64,000 bases of DNA from Lytechinus pictus (GCF_037042905.1 NC_087245.1:35094001-35158000), one strand, 5' to 3'. Shown: positions 44,001 to 52,476, counted from the first letter of the stretch. Made by a program: numbers and translations. The notes: generated by a model not told the origin, from the sequence alone.

Positions 44001-45181
44001 AAGTTGCGGGAGGGTGAATATTCTGATATCAACTCTTGAAGATAATTCAATTGAAATTAATTTCAATCAGCCCAAAAAAAAGACCCCATAAAAATAAAGG
44101 TTTGGATAAAAACATGGGGTTGGGAAGTTTAGAAAAACTTGTAAGGGGGCACCAACATGAAATAATACAAATCAATTGAAAACATACAGAAAACACGCAC
44201 TGTGAAAACGCTGTTCAAATGTTCAAGCACCACTGCCCAGGACTGCCACTCCCAACAGGCACTGCCTAAGCCCCCAAATAAATTATTCTAAAATATTTAA
44301 ACAATTGTTTAACAGTTCAAACAACAGTTGCTAGAACCACCAGCCCAAATGTTGCCGCTCGAAAAATTAGACACCGTCTTTACAGTGCAAAAGACAAATA
44401 TGGTGTAAATACACATTAAAGGCACATTAAAAACACCCTTTCATCTCAACAAAATATTGTTGGTCGTTCCTTATGCCCAAGTGGTAAAGCTCCACAGTGG
44501 TTGAGCAGTGCTGGTTTAGAGCTTCTCAAAATTCATTTTAGGTATATCTACACCTGGATGAAACTATCATGATCATTGAACTTAGTTACTTCAGTAGGTG
44601 CTTGAACATTTTAACAGCGTTTTCACCGTGCGTGTTTTCTGTATGTTTTAAATTGATTTATATTATTTCATGTTGGTGCCCCCTTACAAGTTATTTTCTT
44701 AACTTCCTTACCCAATATGGTAGTTATGTGACTTGGAGATATATGTTTCATGAGCATTTTCCTTTGGTCCAAGTACTACTCGGTGCAAATAGACTTCACT
44801 ACATTGCCTTCTTCAAAATCCCATTAGTTTTAGTAGAGGTTTGCAAGGTATTTGAGTAACCTGTCAATAATAAGGAGAGCAGCAATAGACATTCTACTTT
44901 GATCGATGAACAGGCTTAGTCTTACAATATCGTTGGAGTAAACTTAACTAAACTTATCATTTTTACTCGAATGTAATAGAAATTCATTCATTTGATATTG
45001 ATTAAGTATCATATCTGTTACTCTCTACAGAACGTGGGAAGAAGGAAAACTCTTTATATTTGACGATTCTTTTGAACATGAGGTGTGGCAAGAAGCCGAT
45101 AGCCTGAGGTTAATCCTTATAGCAGACCTGTGGCATCCGGACCTCACGGAGTCTGAGAAGAGAAAACTTACAGCAATATGA
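10881..45181 (+). CDS. ASPH: Aspartyl/asparaginyl beta-hydroxylase (ASPH), spliced CDS of 13 identified exons; 5' start exon not found
   Basis: Exons 10881-11030, 12258-12323, 23629-25704, 28577-28686, 29480-29616, 30948-31048, 37652-37788, 38691-38882, 39958-40095, 40466-40598, 41235-41326, 42662-42792 and 45031-45181 all have AG/GT boundaries and compatible phases (3614 nt total). The C-terminal part matches recalled vertebrate ASPH motifs: LAEERRSN, DGFALVHLGFILK, QRSLYNV, GDWKQFTL, CRRGQVKFSVMHPGTHVWPH, FDDSFEHEVWQ, DLWHP. Confidence 0.95.
11036..11610. mobile_element. Longer copy of the 4856 MITE family
   Basis: Shares the interior (gatcgctttgcctcgt...gtcaccccactgagag...gatcaaatgggaacgc) and the ends with 4856-5291. 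Confidence 0.8.
11613..11732. repeat. Degenerate (GAT/GGT)n microsatellite
   Basis: Direct inspection. Confidence 0.85.
11812..12085 (+). mobile_element. tRNA-derived SINE (diverged copy)
   Basis: A-box-like tggcctacagtg, B-box-like ggttcaaatccc, and the shared core ttccttcagcaagaaatttatccacactg...gacccaggtgagg seen at 38932 and 46979. Confidence 0.8.
12258..12323 (+). CDS. ASPH: ASPH small luminal exon (DNDGEQNHTQEAHSNVAEIKDS)
   Basis: cag acceptor, A|gtaaga donor, 66 nt, phase 1/1, open acidic frame. Confidence 0.65.
13119..13702. mobile_element. Kolobok-like palindromic MITE (aggagaatgaaac family)
   Basis: TTAA flanks and about 200-bp inverted arms. Same family as 34418-35001. Confidence 0.85.
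14087..14402. mobile_element. Harbinger-like MITE
   Basis: ggcccttattctgaa / ttcagaatgcgggcc inverted termini. Confidence 0.65.
15513..15991. mobile_element. Decayed Kolobok-like MITE
   Basis: ttaa|aggagaatccatcctgacatcaagttggtttt ... aaaaccaatttgacatcagggtagacttgacct|ttaa. Confidence 0.7.
16698..17279. mobile_element. MITE family A, second copy
   Basis: Same TIR and interior as 1019-1559; TSD ctgaagcc on both sides. Confidence 0.9.
17650..18229. mobile_element. Kolobok-like palindromic MITE (agggatggtcc family)
   Basis: ttaa|agggatggtccgggctg ... cagcctggaccatccct|ttaa with long inverted arms. Confidence 0.88.
18331..18765 (+). mobile_element. Decayed copy of the Helentron/DINE-like element at 49731
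   Basis: 5' gtctcgcctg...taggcgcc..ttttcc head, followed by catgaaacttg / aaggtcaaaggtca repeat units. Confidence 0.7.
19595..20021. mobile_element. MITE family B (TIR related to family A), lying inside a decayed Kolobok-like MITE
   Basis: gctgtacacatgcatggccaaa / tttggtcatgcatgtgtacagc inverted ends. The flanks (about 19510-19594 and 20022-20072) resemble the 9656-type element. Confidence 0.75.
21500..22276. mobile_element. Foldback/Mutator-like MITE with internally repetitive TIRs
   Basis: Repeated 15-bp gggtccacgaggccg motif at the left end and its complement at the right end. TSD ctagcaaa (8 bp; 9 bp with one mismatch). Confidence 0.75.
22620..22797. mobile_element. Short Harbinger-like MITE
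   Basis: Inverted ends aaagctgttcgtaag / cttatgaacagcttt, CWG-like flanks. Relative at 30671. Confidence 0.75.
23629..25704 (+). CDS. ASPH: ASPH giant luminal exon (692 codons; E/K/D/P-rich, contains tandem 33-aa repeats)
   Basis: Lies within the 749-aa ORF 23493-25742. Acceptor tgtttcag|, donor CAG|gtaaga, 2076 nt, phase 1/1, in frame with the flanking exons. Confidence 0.8.
24657..25673 (+). repeat. Coding tandem repeat, 99-bp unit (ETTQPEAERAMGNSDQARDRKSDSPPRPPPPAQ), 10 copies plus a partial one
   Basis: Unit starts at 24657, 24759, then every 99 bp to 25551, and 25641. The first unit is 102 bp and the tenth is 90 bp. Confidence 0.97.
27967..28495 (+). mobile_element. Helentron/DINE-like non-autonomous element (second subfamily)
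   Basis: 5' tttttgtctcgcctga, two internal repeat units, 3' hairpin gtggttc-gt-gaaccac followed by cttgtt. A reverse copy lies at 60266-60640. Confidence 0.7.
28577..28686 (+). CDS. ASPH: ASPH exon (DTSKVRENISRKPESKEPIQKSVLETLLEETEGLIQK)
   Basis: ctacag acceptor, AAG|gtattg donor, phase 1/0. Links the giant exon to the TPR exon in frame. Confidence 0.85.
29480..29616 (+). CDS. ASPH: ASPH TPR exon (NKKDQALYKYEDIIKRFPNSAKALMAKAQLLDTLAEERRSNDLLD)
   Basis: ttttag acceptor, GG|gtatgg donor, phase 0/2. Resembles the vertebrate KYPQSPRARYGKAQ...LAEKRRSN segment. Confidence 0.93.
30300..30512. repeat. Pyrimidine-rich (CT) low-complexity tract
   Basis: Direct inspection. Confidence 0.8.
30671..30833. 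mobile_element. Short Harbinger-like MITE
   Basis: tgggtgtttcataaagctg / cagctttatgaaacaccca TIRs. Confidence 0.78.
30948..31048 (+). CDS. ASPH: ASPH TPR exon (GAIQSYRQAADTPHCPRDIKRAALARMGDRLSFFG)
   Basis: ttccag acceptor, G|gtatat donor, phase 2/1. Resembles the vertebrate GAIETY...DRQQFLG segment. Confidence 0.92.
32291..33500 (+). mobile_element. Helentron/DINE-like element interrupted by a Kolobok-like MITE
   Basis: Head gcctgcatagcagagcgagactatag as at 49731. Repeat units resume at about 33181. Confidence 0.78.
32583..33178. mobile_element. Kolobok-like MITE (copy of 9656-10246)
   Basis: Same TIRs and interior. Sits at the cataac-ttaa-aaagtat position of the host repeat unit (compare 50046-50062). 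Confidence 0.88.
34418..35001. mobile_element. Kolobok-like palindromic MITE
   Basis: ttaa|aggagaatgaaac ... gtttcattctcct|ttaa. Confidence 0.88.
35241..35625. mobile_element. hAT-like MITE (CAG termini)
   Basis: Perfect TIR cagacctgccaacc / ggttggcaggtctg, flanked by a 69-bp direct duplication. Confidence 0.82.
36618..36827. mobile_element. Short hAT-like MITE
   Basis: caggggcggatccagg / cctgcatccgcgcctg termini; 8-bp TSD gaggcatt / gaggcact. Confidence 0.8.
37088..37495. mobile_element. Harbinger-like MITE (8266 family) containing a nested MITE at 37124-37348
   Basis: Outer ggggtggttcacaaag / ttttgtgaaacccc. Inner gtgttgcaagaaa / tttcctgcaacac is flanked by tag/tag. Confidence 0.72.
37652..37788 (+). 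CDS. ASPH: ASPH TPR exon (KSSRSIQVYLELVKEFPDDYEAKKSLAVQYLIAGKNKRAKHYFEE)
   Basis: cttcag acceptor, GAG|gtgagt donor, phase 1/0. Confidence 0.93.
37812..38061. mobile_element. 5'-truncated copy of the 45840 MITE family
   Basis: Interior and right end caatcgtaactctttgtaagacggg match 45840-46110 in reverse. Confidence 0.72.
38691..38882 (+). CDS. ASPH: ASPH TPR exon (MVERNPTDGFALVHLGFILK...FFFHLGESFLRTGRIEE)
   Basis: tttcag acceptor, GAG|gtaagt donor, 192 nt, phase 0/0. Strong ASPH motif match. Confidence 0.95.
38932..39231 (+). mobile_element. tRNA-derived SINE
   Basis: A box tggtctagcgg, B box ggttcgaatcct, shared core, (att)n tail. Confidence 0.85.
39958..40095 (+). CDS. ASPH: ASPH exon (SYKIYDEAVSRGHFRSRYQRSLYNVDSLRGRQFWTPREAGFAEGAK)
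   Basis: gttcag acceptor, AAG|gtgaat donor, phase 0/0. Contains RGHF..QRSLYNV. Confidence 0.95.
40466..40598 (+). CDS. ASPH: ASPH hydroxylase-domain exon (ILESNWETIRDEAVALL...LRETGDWKQFTLFAK)
   Basis: ttgcag acceptor, AAG|gtaaat donor, phase 0/1. Confidence 0.95.
41235..41326 (+). CDS. ASPH: ASPH hydroxylase-domain exon (GSKDQGNCRQAPRTCEIFDSIPQSKNCRRGQ)
   Basis: caatag acceptor, CAG|gtaagg donor, phase 1/0. Conserved CxxAPxTC and CRRGQ. Confidence 0.95.
41712..42003. repeat. (GAT)n-type microsatellite
   Basis: Direct inspection; explains the Met-rich ORF. Confidence 0.92.
42527..42616 (+). pseudogene. Degenerate tandem duplicate (pseudo-exon) of the 5' part of ASPH catalytic exon 42662-42792
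   Basis: ttttag|GTGCAGTTTTCAGTAATGCATTGTGGTACAAATGTCTAACCCCATTGC matches the real exon start at 41 of 48 nt and ends with the shared TCTCATCTTGGACTG. It has an in-frame TAA at 42563 and later indels. Confidence 0.9.
42662..42792 (+). CDS. ASPH: ASPH catalytic exon (VKFSVMHPGTHVWPHCGPTNCRLRSHLGLIIPQPVRLRVGNTT)
   Basis: tcttag acceptor, AG|gtgagt donor, phase 0/2. Contains the first Fe-binding His (WPH). Confidence 0.97.
42901..44042 (-). mobile_element. 5'-truncated L2/CR1-group LINE 3' end, split by a piggyBac-like MITE
   Basis: With 43213-43978 removed, the minus strand reads LQELISEYSPSRNLRSRNKSLLIVPATNAQSYGSRSFYSASPHLWNNLPQSIKQADSTEKFKSMLKTYF, typical of an L2 ORF2 C-terminus. It has a gcgctata...(tta)n tail and TSD taattcaat at 42892-42900 and 44043-44051. 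Confidence 0.85.
43213..43974. mobile_element. piggyBac-like MITE
   Basis: ttaa|ccctaactaggccggg ... cccggcctgtttaggg|ttaa, with subterminal gggttgattcaaccc palindromes. Confidence 0.88.
44117..44713. repeat. Inverted repeat with about 120-bp arms (44117-44235 / 44592-44713), overlapping a CACTG-type MITE (44198-44387)
   Basis: cttgtaagggggcaccaacatgaaataat...gaaaacgctgtt and its reverse complement. Confidence 0.85.
45031..45181 (+). CDS. ASPH: ASPH last coding exon (TWEEGKLFIFDDSFEHEVWQEADSLRLILIADLWHPDLTESEKRKLTAI*)
   Basis: ctacag acceptor, phase 2. Contains the second Fe-binding His (FEHEV) and the 2OG-binding Arg; TGA at 45179-45181. Confidence 0.97.
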
Positions 45182-45839
45182 ACCCATCGAACTGAAGAGA
45201 TGTGTGTGTGCATTGAAGACATCAAAGTCAGTATATGGGCCCATAGATAATTCAGGAAGAGAAACAAAACACCTTGCGTGCCATCGTCTAGTCAGACCCA
45301 TTTTTTTTAAGGGGAAATCTGCCCACTTACTGATGTAATTTCTATCAAGGGTAATACAATAGTAATACTTGGGGATATATGCTGCTAATGGTCAAAGCCA
45401 CAGGGTTTTTAAAATGAGTGTTTTATCCTGTGTCTTTTGAGCCATTAATTACAATCAATTCATTCATTCCAGTCACTTTGTTCAATCTGTGAACCATACC
45501 CATTCCTTCTAAACCCTGTTACATCAAACTTTCCATCCATGGTAACAATCAGAAACCAGTGCTGACAAATTTATTGAAACTCAAGCTGGTTTTTCTCTCT
45601 TTCCCATAGACATAATACTTAAAACATAGATATTTTTAATACTTACGGTAATACTTTACACTACATGCGATTACATAGATCACACGGTCCAATGGAGACA
45701 ATGGGTTAGTATTTCTTTTTACTGAAATTGGGAAATTCTTTAAGAATATTGATAATGATTAGCCTTATATTTTGATGTACGGTTATGAAAACATTACTGA
45801 CATTACTAATATTAATCCAGTACAGAATTTAAGTCCACA

Positions 45840-46110
45840 GGCCCGTCTTACAAAGACTTGCGATTGATCCGATCAATCGCAACTATCGAAAGCCAGCAAA
45901 GTCAACATATAAAATGCAAGTTTGCTCAATTTTTTTTCTAGATATGAATGTATATCCATAAATTCATTGATTTCTTGACAATTCAGTGTGTTCTCCTTTG
46001 TTTAAAATGGACATTTTGCAAATTTCCTGTAGAAAAAAATTATGACACTGATGGATTTCCATAGAGTTACGATTGATTGGATCAGTCGTAACTCTTTGTA
46101 AGACGGGGCC
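45840..46110. mobile_element. Harbinger-like MITE, TSD cag
   Basis: ggcccgtcttacaaag / ctttgtaagacggggcc, cag on both sides. Confidence 0.85.
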
Positions 46111-46978
46111 CAGATGTTCTGAGTTATTGGTTGGTATGACTGTGACTGAGAAATGTTTCAAAATCTTGACTTCCAGGAGAGTGTTTCACACAGAGTTATG
46201 TCTGAATTTCAGGTGACGAGGCAAACTATCACTCCCTCGGCAAGCTGGATGTACGGAAAGATGGCTTCATCTAGCTTGCCTCGCAAGTGATAGTTCGCCC
46301 ATCATCTGTGATTATTTTTTATCATCCACACTATAACATGTTGAAGGACATTCAAATTCTTACGTACCTGATTACATATAGTATTAAGACATGACACCAT
46401 TTCCAACATAACTTTTTGTTAATTCCTAACCATGATTGATTCATGTAGTATGAAGTATTGTATGCTATCTAAATTCCTTTGCATCGGAATGTTAATACAC
46501 AGGAATTAATAGCAATGATATCAGTCATACATACAACCTATCTGTATTTGGAGGCTGAAAAGTTTATTATGAAGAAAATAATATCCCATTTCTGTAGTAG
46601 ACATGCAAAGTATTTTCCATGAAATTTCATGAGTTTGACACTTTTTAGATTAGCACAAAATCAGTAAAATACTTGAAAAATGAAATTCACAATGATATTT
46701 CAAAACCTCCTGACCTATTTATGCAAGTGCACTCTGAAAATTTATCCGATTAATGTACATGTGGTGTATTTTTTTCTCGTAGGTGCACTCTTGAACAATG
46801 CTCATTATTTGTACTTAATATTAATATGTAAAGCTACTAGGTTGGCTGCTTCATCTGGTGTAAATATCACTGTCTGCATTTTGTGTGGTATAATACCAGC
46901 ATATAACCTGACTTTTGCATTTCAATCAGTTCATTCATTTCCACCATTATTGCCTGAATGAGGTATTTTGGAGACAAG

Positions 46979-47248
46979 CGGAGCGTTGTGGCCCAGTAGA
47001 TTAGTCTTCGGACTTTGAAACAGAGGGTCGTGGGTTCGAATCCCAGCCATGGCGTAATTTCCTTCAGCAAGAAACTGATCCACAGTGTGCTGCACTCAAC
47101 CCAGGTGAGGTAAATGGGTACCGGTAGGAAGTAATTCCTTAAAAAGCTGTGTGCGCTATGAACGCCTAGCTTAGCCGGGTAATATAGGAGCGCCTTGAGC
47201 ACCTAACAAGGTGGATATGTGCGCAATATAAATACCCTATATTATATT
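46979..47248 (+). mobile_element. tRNA-derived SINE with L2-like tail
   Basis: A/B boxes (tggcccagtag, ggttcgaatccc), shared core, tail agcgccttgag...gcgcaatataaat. Boundaries are fixed by the empty-site paralogue at 47451-47550. Confidence 0.88.
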
Positions 47249-48307
47249 AAGATATAAATGCGTATTTTGTCTTACTGATTGATTAACTCAACACAAAATA
47301 CGTCACAATGGCCCATCTAGGTTTTTTGAAGGGGTGGTCCTAACAGTCACTTCGTATCTTAATTACTATACAACAACATACATGTAAATGTGTAATAATC
47401 TCATATAAGTCCTATTTAAAAAGTGAAAATAGTTATATGCAGATCATGATCATTATTACCTGAATGAAGCATTTTGGAGACAAGATATAAATGCGTATTT
47501 TGTCTGTCTGATTGAATAACTCAACACAAATTAGGTCACAGTGACCCATCCAAAGTTCAGCTGAATGACTAGGGACCATAATATTCAGACACCCCTCCTC
47601 AGTGAATTTTTCATTTTTCTATTCCCCTATTTATTAATTATTCTGTCCATCATATATCTGAATTCCCATTTAATCAAATTCAAGCGCAAGTCGTGTATGC
47701 ATTAAGCTCAATATACCGTTTTCGCCTTTTCATTTTTGCTGTCCTGCCGAGTTCTTACGGGAGTTACCATAAGCAGAAACAGAATCAGAAGGAAAAAAAT
47801 ACCTGATAGTACCTTGATTCATTTATTATATATGCACATAGGTTAAATTTAATAACTGAGTGTAAATAACTCACTTGTTGCTTACTTGTAGAATGAACAT
47901 TTGTACAGACAGACTATTTTTCTACATCTTCATAACTGGGTCATAGAATGCATTGCTTTCATTATATGTCAGTAGCACTAATTGTTGTCATACCAAAAAG
48001 AATAGAATGATGCAAAGTGATGTCATACAAGAATGAGTCTAATTCATGGTTTTAAGAATGTGAACACTGATCCTTATTATTGTTAGTGCTTTATTTTTTG
48101 CCATACTAAATGAATGCAAAAGATTGTATTTTGGAAGGTTGATGACAGATATTGATTTTTTTTTTGGTAATTGTTTGAAATCAAGATATAGTAAATATAG
48201 AGGCTTTAATAGGAGAAATTATAATTTGTAAACAAATTTTTGGCATTACTCCTATCTGTTTAAGAACGTATGCTCGATCTGTAATGAAAATCATAAGTCA
48301 GAAAAAA

Positions 48308-48370
48308 TTGGAACCGGTGGGATTCGAACCTGTCATCTACTGCTTGCCGGGCAGCGACTTAACCACCACT
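48308..48370 (-). pseudogene. 5'-truncated tRNA-like fragment
   Basis: Minus strand: ...gctgc-ccggcaa-gcagt...acaggttcgaatcccaccggttcca followed by a T run. Anticodon-like stem and T-loop present; 5' acceptor strand missing. Confidence 0.5.
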
Positions 48371-48408
48371 TAACTTATCAATTAAGATATGTATTATTCA
48401 AACTCCTG

Positions 48409-48615
48409 GGGGTGTTTCACAAAGATTTAAGTATGACTTAGAGTCGCACTTAAATACCGAGTTGCGTACGGTATGAAAGGCTTGAACGCATTGGTCAGAT
48501 CATGTCATGAGTATGCGCACCAATGCGTATCAATAAGATCGCGCGTTGCATATCATTTACGCGTCGGCATTTAAGTGCGACTTAAGTCATACTCAAAAAT
48601 TTGTGAAACACCCCC
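48409..48615. mobile_element. Short palindromic Harbinger-like MITE (8266 family)
   Basis: ggggtgtttcacaaa / tttgtgaaacacccc; TSD ctg. Confidence 0.82.
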
Positions 48616-49092
48616 CTGTGGGGACATGAATCTTTGACATTTCTGAACAAAATGAAATTGAATGAATAGTGAGAAATTTATATTTTCCTTTTGAGAGAAG
48701 AAAGTATTGATTGTGCTTTGATGAGTTTCCATTCCAAATTTGATGTGTGAATAGGTACAGGTTGAGAGCTATTTATTCTGCAGCTGCATTAACATTATTT
48801 TGGATAGATCTGTCACTAATTATTGATTTTGGTTGCAATGGCTGAAAATGTTACATACTAGCTCTTAATTCACTTGCCATATTTTTAAAGCTGAAATACG
48901 CTAAGACAAAAATGCATTTAATCACAATCATATAATGTTTGTGCTAATAGCTGAGTGTTTCATGAAAGTTATTGTCAATGATTTTTCACTCACAGATTTG
49001 TTCTCACCTATTCAGAAGGAAGGATTTTTCAGTATTTTAAAACAGTTGTCAGTGAAAATCAGTGACTCTTCGTTTCATGAAATGCTTTTCAG

Positions 49093-49391
49093 GGGCCCGT
49101 CTTACAAAGAGTTTCGATTGATCTGATCGATCGCAACTATGGAAAGCCAGCAACGTCAACATCTAAAATACATGTTTGTTCAAAAAAATTACTAGAAATT
49201 ATGTATATGCATTCATTATCTGTTTTCTTGACAATTAAGTATGCTTTTTTTTGTTTTCTCGACAATTAAGTATGCTTCTTTTTGTTTTCAAAGGACATCA
49301 AACAAATTTCCAAAAGAAAAAATTATTGTTGTTGGATTTCCATATACTTGAGATTGATCGGATCAATCGTAACTATTTGTAAGCCGGGGCC
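49093..49391. mobile_element. Harbinger-like MITE (45840 family), TSD cag
   Basis: gggcccgtcttacaaag / tttgtaagccggggcc. Confidence 0.82.
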
Positions 49392-49730
49392 CAGATCTCC
49401 TCGTCTTCCTGCTTTGAAAATTATCTGCTATTTTTTGTATGCATTTATTCTGAAAAAAATATATATTTATGTATTTAATTGCTTAAAAGGAAAGTAATGG
49501 CTGAATTAGAATTTGTTCTCTTGCCATCATACATGCTATTGTTGAGTAATGCTCATTCCTCTGTAAATAGGATAGAAGGTTTGTTTTTTATAAAAAACAA
49601 TATTCCGCATTCACATTGGAACTTGAACCTAATAACAAAACTTTGTATGTGTTTGATGTACTATAATTTTGAATATAGCAAATCGGATTTTCTATTTTTT
49701 TTTTGGGGGGGGGCGGGAATATCTTCTTGT

Positions 49731-50858
49731 TTTTGTCTCGCCTGCATAGCAGAGCGAGACTATAGGCGCCGCTTTTCCGACGGCGACGGCGGCGGCGGTG
49801 GCGGCGGCGTCAACATCAAATCTTAACCTAAGGTTAAGTTTTTGAAATGACATCATAACTTAGAAAGTATATGGACCTAGTTCATGAAACTTGGACATAA
49901 GGTTAATCAAGTATTACTGAACATCCTGCTTGAGTTTCAGGTCACATGACTAAGGTCAAAGGTCATTTAGGGTCAATGAACTTAGACCATGTTGGGAGAA
50001 TTATTTTCAAAATCTTAACCGAAGGTTAAGTTTTTGAAATGACATCATAACTTAAAAAGTATATGGACCTAGTTCATGAAACTTGGGCATAAGGTTAATC
50101 AAGTATTAGTAAACATCCTGCTTGAGTTCCAGGTCACATGACCAAGGTCAAAGGTCATTTAGGGTCAATGAACTTTGGCCAAGTTGGGGGTATTTGTTGA
50201 ATTACTATCATAACTTTGAAAATTTATGGATCTAGTTCATGAAACTTGGACATTAGGTTAATCAAGTACCACTGAATATCCTGTGCAAGTTTCAGGTCAC
50301 ATGACCATGGTCAATGGTCATTTAAGGTCAATGAACTTTAGCCGTGTTGGGAGTCTTTGTTAAATTACCATCCTAACTCTGAAGGTTTATGGATCTAGTT
50401 CATAAAACTTGGACATAAGAGTAATCGAGTATCACTGAACATCTTGTATGAGTTTCAGGTCACATGACCATGGTCAAAGGTCATTTAAGGTCAATGAACT
50501 TTGGCCGTGTTGGGGGTATTTGTTGAATTACCATCCTAACTCTGAAGTTTATGGATCTATGTCATAAAACTTGGGATATAAGAGTAATCAAGTATCACTA
50601 AACATCCCCTGTGAGTTTCAGGTCACAAAACCAAGGTCAAAGGTCAGTTAAGGTCAATAAACTTAGGCCATGTTGGGGTAATTGTTGAATTGCCATCATA
50701 ATTTGAAAGTTTATGGATAGAGTGAATGAAATGTGGACATGGGTGTATATGAATGGTGTTTTTGTGAATGATTATTTTATAGTAGTTTTCAAAGTTAGCA
50801 CTGCTGCTATATTAAATTGCGTAATGCATGCGAGACTGCCAGAGGCGTTCCACTTGTT
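49731..50858 (+). mobile_element. Apparently full-length Helentron/DINE-1-like non-autonomous element with an internal ~163-bp tandem array
   Basis: T-rich site; sub-TIR gtctcgcctgcat / atgcatgcgagac; short internal IR gcgagac; (GGC)n microsatellite; unit markers at 49881, 50073, 50236, 50399, 50561 and about 50724; 3' end ...cacttgtt. Confidence 0.8.
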
Positions 50859-52031
50859 TAATTTTATAGCCAAATGTTAAATCATGGATATTAATTGTAA
50901 ACGTATTTGGTATTGCTGCAAGTGTTCTTGTTAAAGTAATCATCGAAAATATTTGTATTATTACTCTTTCTTTGCATATATTTCTGCTTTGAAAACATAG
51001 GTCTCTATATGCTGATAAATTACAATTGCAAAGCATAATGTATGGGTGATCTTTAAGCTGATTGAGAATACTGGTTTGTTTCGGGTTGCAGGGACAAAGC
51101 ATTTTGGAGGTCTCAAATTGGCAACAACTATATGTATTTCCTTCCCACTCATACATAGTTTGAAATAAAATATATAGGTGTAACATGAACCAAAATTTAT
51201 CCTATTTGTAAGATCTTACTAAACAATGTCAATATGAATGCGGAAATAGTGATTATTTTAATTTCTCTGCACTGCCAATTCTATATATTTTTTTTTAATG
51301 ATTAATTACATTTACAGATATCTTATTCAAATGCTTAAATATACTGCATAGAAATTAGATTGAAACTTGCAGTATATTTTCTCTCCCATGATATCTGGTT
51401 TCAAAATTACACTAGTTCTTTGGATTAATTTACAAAGAATTTGTGAATGATCGTTTGGTTATTTTTGTTGATGTTATTTGAGGTGTAATATGGACTAGAA
51501 AGTACTAATATAGATGCTAGATTTTTCTATACATGTATTGTATTCTAAAGGGGTATATATATTTGTGTGAGTTATGTTAACATTTAGTATTTACAATTTT
51601 GCATAGATTTTGTTAAGTTCTGAAATTCATATACTGTACATGATGTAGGAATGTGTGTGTGTATATATAAGTAAAAAAAAGTGCTTTATGTTCACTTGAA
51701 TGGTTTATTAATAGGCCTATACATTTTTTTTTCATCTGGCTGAAAAGCTAACAGGATGATTTTGTAATAGGGAGAGTAGAAATCATAGGAATATGACCAA
51801 TTGAAATATTTTCATATTTATAAATGAAAAAACAAATCTTGTCCACTCTCATCTAAATATTAATTTAAACAGAGAATGAAATATAAAGAAGATTCTTTGC
51901 TATATATTTTGCTTAATATATTTATAATTTCACCTGAAGATATGTCCTTTCCTACCTATTTCATATTAGCCTATAATCTAGAAAAAGTCTGCAGCTTTTA
52001 TCTGATGCTGTTACACAAAATGTTCTCAATA

Positions 52032-52247
52032 CACTGCAAAAACTCTGGTGTTGATTTAACACCAGCCAATAATCTATGTCCAAACCAGTTTTGTTTTGGT
52101 CTAACACCAGAAAGGTGTTTATACCACACCAGTTAGTATTAAAACACCATCAGACTGATTCCAAACTGGTGTTGTTTCAATACTGCTCTGGTATGGACAT
52201 ATATAGATTCCGGGCTGGTGTTAATCAACACCGGAGTTTTTGCAGTG
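52032..52247. mobile_element. CACTG-type (CMC/EnSpm-like) MITE, TA flanks
   Basis: cactgcaaaaactctggtgttgatt / aatcaacaccggagtttttgcagtg. Confidence 0.85.
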
Positions 52248-52476
52248 TACATCTGATGAGGAACACTATGCACTGTGGCTGCAAAGTCACTCTCAAGTCT
52301 TGCGTTAGTTCTTCTTGTTTTTTATCAACAAATGTCTGTCGGCAGCTTTTTCATAACAAATAACCTGCAGCAAGTCCTAGTCGATAAAAACTACAATGAG
52401 AACTAATGCAAGACTGAATTACACCGGCAATGGTGAGTCTTCATCAGACGTTTCTCAACAGCATCATACTCGTATA

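Noticed and set aside
45182..51200. Extent of the ASPH 3' UTR / poly(A) site
   Set aside because: No unambiguous polyadenylation signal could be chosen in this AT-rich, repeat-filled region.
52250..52460. CTGATGA motifs on both strands suggesting hammerhead ribozymes
   Set aside because: No GAAA after the putative stem II; better explained as the ends of a decayed inverted repeat.
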